DNA of 64,000 bases from Alphaproteobacteria bacterium (GTDB taxonomy: Bacteria > Pseudomonadota > Alphaproteobacteria > SP197): assembly GCA_964291265.2 (NCBI GenBank), contig OZ219747.1, positions 2,688,001 through 2,752,000 of the forward strand, given 5' to 3'. The notes under the pieces were generated by a model. The model did no database searches. It had not been told where the DNA came from and was given only the letters and a program-made list of their open reading frames with translations. Position numbers and translations under genes: made by a program. Below, one piece after another: positions 61,490 to 64,000 of this stretch. Within the stretch, counting starts at the first letter, position 1. Each line of letters starts with the position of its first letter.

Positions 61490-62447
61490 GCTGGAGACTC
61501 CGCTTTCTGGTCCAAGGTGTTTTTCGTTGCAAACTCCATATCTGCGCTCGAATTATGGCGGTCAGCCAGCTCTAGTCGCCACCAAGATCGGCCTTACGAT
61601 TTTCCGGGGAAGGGTGCCATTTCTCGGGGCGCAAATTCTACGCGGCGTCTATCGATCCGGCTGGAAACACTCGGAGCGGATCATCAAGATAACGGTCTTT
61701 CTGATAAGAGTCGAATCGTTCGAGGCTGTTGGCGGTGACGTAACTGGCCAGTTGTGCTTATGTGGGCAAGCCTGAATCTTGCGCCTTGCTAGTTTCGTCT
61801 GTTCTGCGCGCAACCTCGACGCACTGCCTCCTGCACCAGTGGGTCTGACGCCGTGGTAACAGGTGCATTGTGGACATCTGCGTCACACGCCGGCGGCGCT
61901 GTACGCGCGAGCCCTTTCCCGGTCCAACACCGCGGCAATGCGGGATGCAGCCGTCATGTCGTCCCGGTCGTTCACATGAGTGATGGTGAGCCGCTCCGCC
62001 GCGTGACGGGTTGCATGACCAACAGGCCGAGGGCCGGAACCGGCGCCTGGACAGATCGGCCCGGACACCGGCAGACCACACTCCCTCGCACCGCGGCACT
62101 GCTTCTGTCGGGAGTGTTCACCACATCCTCTCCATGATCGACCACCGGCAATCCGCCTCCTCGCCGTGACATGGTCGACGCTTCCGGGTCAACCGAAGAG
62201 GGCACATGGTCGTTTGCAGGGCGTTCGAACAGCACCTTGCGACAGCGGTCGGGTTGGCGGGTCCATTCGGTGAACGGAGCCGGTCGTTCGACGGTCTCGG
62301 CCGCGTCGCAGCGTTGTTCGAAGACGGCCATGTCGCCGGGTGCTGGCCCTCGAGGGCACTCACCCCGCTCGACGGGCATGAGGCCGCGGATCCTTCCGGC
62401 CGGGCGCGGTCGACCGACAGAGCGGACCCGGTGGACCGGCGAAGCCG

Positions 62448-62645
62448 TCATGCAGCCAGGATGTGGCCGTTGAGGAGCTGCGGCCTGTGCCGGGGAGTCG
62501 GACCGGGGAGCGAACGGACAAAGGGGGCGACCTGATCGCGGCTGAGCCCGATGTCGCGCAACTGCTCGTTGGAAAGGGCCTCGAGCTGCCGGCGGGCGCG
62601 CCGCACGTCCCAAGCGTGGCGAATATGAAGGAGAAGACCTGACAT
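62448..62645 (-). CDS. DUF1127 small protein
   Basis: RRARRQLEALSNEQLRDIGLSR motif. Confidence 0.8.
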   Translation of the reverse strand: MSGLLLHIRHAWDVRRARRQLEALSNEQLRDIGLSRDQVAPFVRSLPGPTPRHRPQLLNGHILAA

Positions 62646-62812
62646 CGGTGCTGTCCCGGTGATGGTTGTTGAGCCGGTATCGCAGGTAGGTCGCCGCGCA
62701 CCGGGACGCCAGCGCTGTTACGGCACCGCGGTCATGTCGGCCATGCATACCGGGACATCCATCCGGGCAGCGCCATGCATTTCTCCGTTGGCAACCATGC
62801 ACGTGGCTCGCA

Positions 62813-64000
62813 TCATTCCTTGCAGCGGACGAGAACATCGACCGCCATGGCGCCGCGGGCGTGGACGATCAGCGGGTTGACGTCGAACTCTTCCAGGCAG
62901 TCTCCAAGAGAGGCGGCGAGTCGGGAAAGACGCGACACGGCTTCCGCCAGGGCCAGTCGGTCGAGGGGCGGCCGTCCGCGTACACCGTCAAGGACTGCCG
63001 AGACCTTCAACCGGCCGATCAGTGCATCGGCCTCCTCGATGTCGACCGGTGGAACGAACATGAAGGCATCGTCGAGAACCTCGACCAGAATGCCGCCGGC
63101 GCCGATGGTCATGACCGGTCCGAACACCGGATCGTTGATCATGCCGACAATCATCTCGACGCCGTCGGGTGCGGTCTCCTGGACCAGGACCTCGGGGCCG
63201 AGAGCGGATGACATGGTGCGCCAGGCCTCGCGGAGTGCGTCATCGCCCGCCAGCCCGGTGACCACTCCGCCGGCCTCCGTCTTGTGAGCGATGGTGCGGT
63301 CCGCTGTCTTCAGGACAGCCGGGCGGCCGGCGAATTCCAGGGCCGGAGCGAGATCATCCTCGAAGCGGCATGTGCGTGTTCGTGGCACCTCGAGGCCCAT
63401 GGCTGCCAGGAGAGCGAGAAGATCCTCCGGTCGAGGGGGAGCGGAGGCGAGTTCACGGCGCCAGCGCTCGAGAATGTCCCGTGGCAGAGGAGCTGCCGGC
63501 TTGCGGCGTGTGCGCCGTGCAGCATGCCAGGCGATGAGGTGGCGGATGGCCCTGAGGCCCGTCAACGTGCCGCAGAGCACCGGGATGCCGGCCTCGCGCA
63601 GTCGTCGGGCTTCTTCGTCATCGATCGTCGACGTGATGTTCCCCATCATCATGCATGGTTTCGTCGATGTGCGGTGCGCTGTCTCCAGGGCCCGGCAGGA
63701 CCGGTGAAGGAGTTCACGGCCGCTCACCATGTTGGTGGCGAACACCACCATGCCGGCCTCGTCGGCGTTGCCGAGAATGCCGGTGACCTGCGGCAGGGAT
63801 TCGAAGCCGCTCTCGCCCCAGTAGTCGACGGGATTGACGGGATCGAGTCCGGGGTCGAGAACCTCGGCAAGCGCCTGGCTCGTGGCAGGAGAAAACGTGG
63901 CGAGAGGCACGTTCTCGCGTTCGGCAAGGTCCGTGATGAGCTGGCGTTCGCCTCCGGAATCCGTCTGCACGGCCACCGTGTCGACGGTGGGAACCCGACC
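62813..64000 (-). CDS. Acetate--CoA ligase (ADP-forming) family protein, 5' part outside the window
   Basis: SGGE, NPVD, IAHKTEAGGV, EMIVG...DPVFGP, EFDVNPL, AVD. Confidence 0.9.
   Translation of the reverse strand, partial: GRVPTVDTVAVQTDSGGERQLITDLAERENVPLATFSPATSQALAEVLDPGLDPVNPVDYWGESGFESLPQVTGILGNADEAGMVVFATNMVSGRELLHRSCRALETAHRTSTKPCMMMGNITSTIDDEEARRLREAGIPVLCGTLTGLRAIRHLIAWHAARRTRRKPAAPLPRDILERWRRELASAPPRPEDLLALLAAMGLEVPRTRTCRFEDDLAPALEFAGRPAVLKTADRTIAHKTEAGGVVTGLAGDDALREAWRTMSSALGPEVLVQETAPDGVEMIVGMINDPVFGPVMTIGAGGILVEVLDDAFMFVPPVDIEEADALIGRLKVSAVLDGVRGRPPLDRLALAEAVSRLSRLAASLGDCLEEFDVNPLIVHARGAMAVDVLVRCKE

Noticed and set aside
61970-62447. Cuckoo/CcsR-type sRNA cluster downstream of the DUF1127 gene
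   Set aside because: No repeated CCTCCTCCC-loop hairpins on the DUF1127 strand

Overview
High-GC bacterial chromosomal window, probably alphaproteobacterial (inferred from gene content). A metabolic backbone carries a CUT1 ABC transporter divergent from mtnK, a GMC oxidoreductase, amtB-amidase, a coxD/coxE/xdhC/Moco-nucleotidyltransferase operon, a Rieske oxygenase, pncA, OsmC/FMO and an RTX protein. Three accessory zones interrupt it. (1) 1-7.6 kb: an IS21-family element extended with a Zn-finger ORF, a DUF3991/TOPRIM primase-like gene and a structured leader, next to scrambled IS66 and IS4 DUF4338 relics. (2) 19.2-27.2 kb: a lower-GC, defence-like cassette. It holds a hypothetical+PIN pair, then a 771-aa protein ending in an Ig-like domain and a domain matching archaeal/eukaryotic ribosomal protein eL13, whose gene overlaps the start of a YprA/DruE-like DEAH+DUF1998 helicase. 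This is the best candidate for an undescribed system. (3) 56-61.5 kb: an ORF-less group II intron inside an IS66 (8-bp TSD) inside a Tn5-like IS4 transposase, next to an AbiJ-like gene. A SAM-methyltransferase-HNH fusion coupled to a stand-alone Fn3 protein is a second defence candidate. No rRNA, tRNA or CRISPR array was seen. All family calls come from motif recognition by eye, not database searches.
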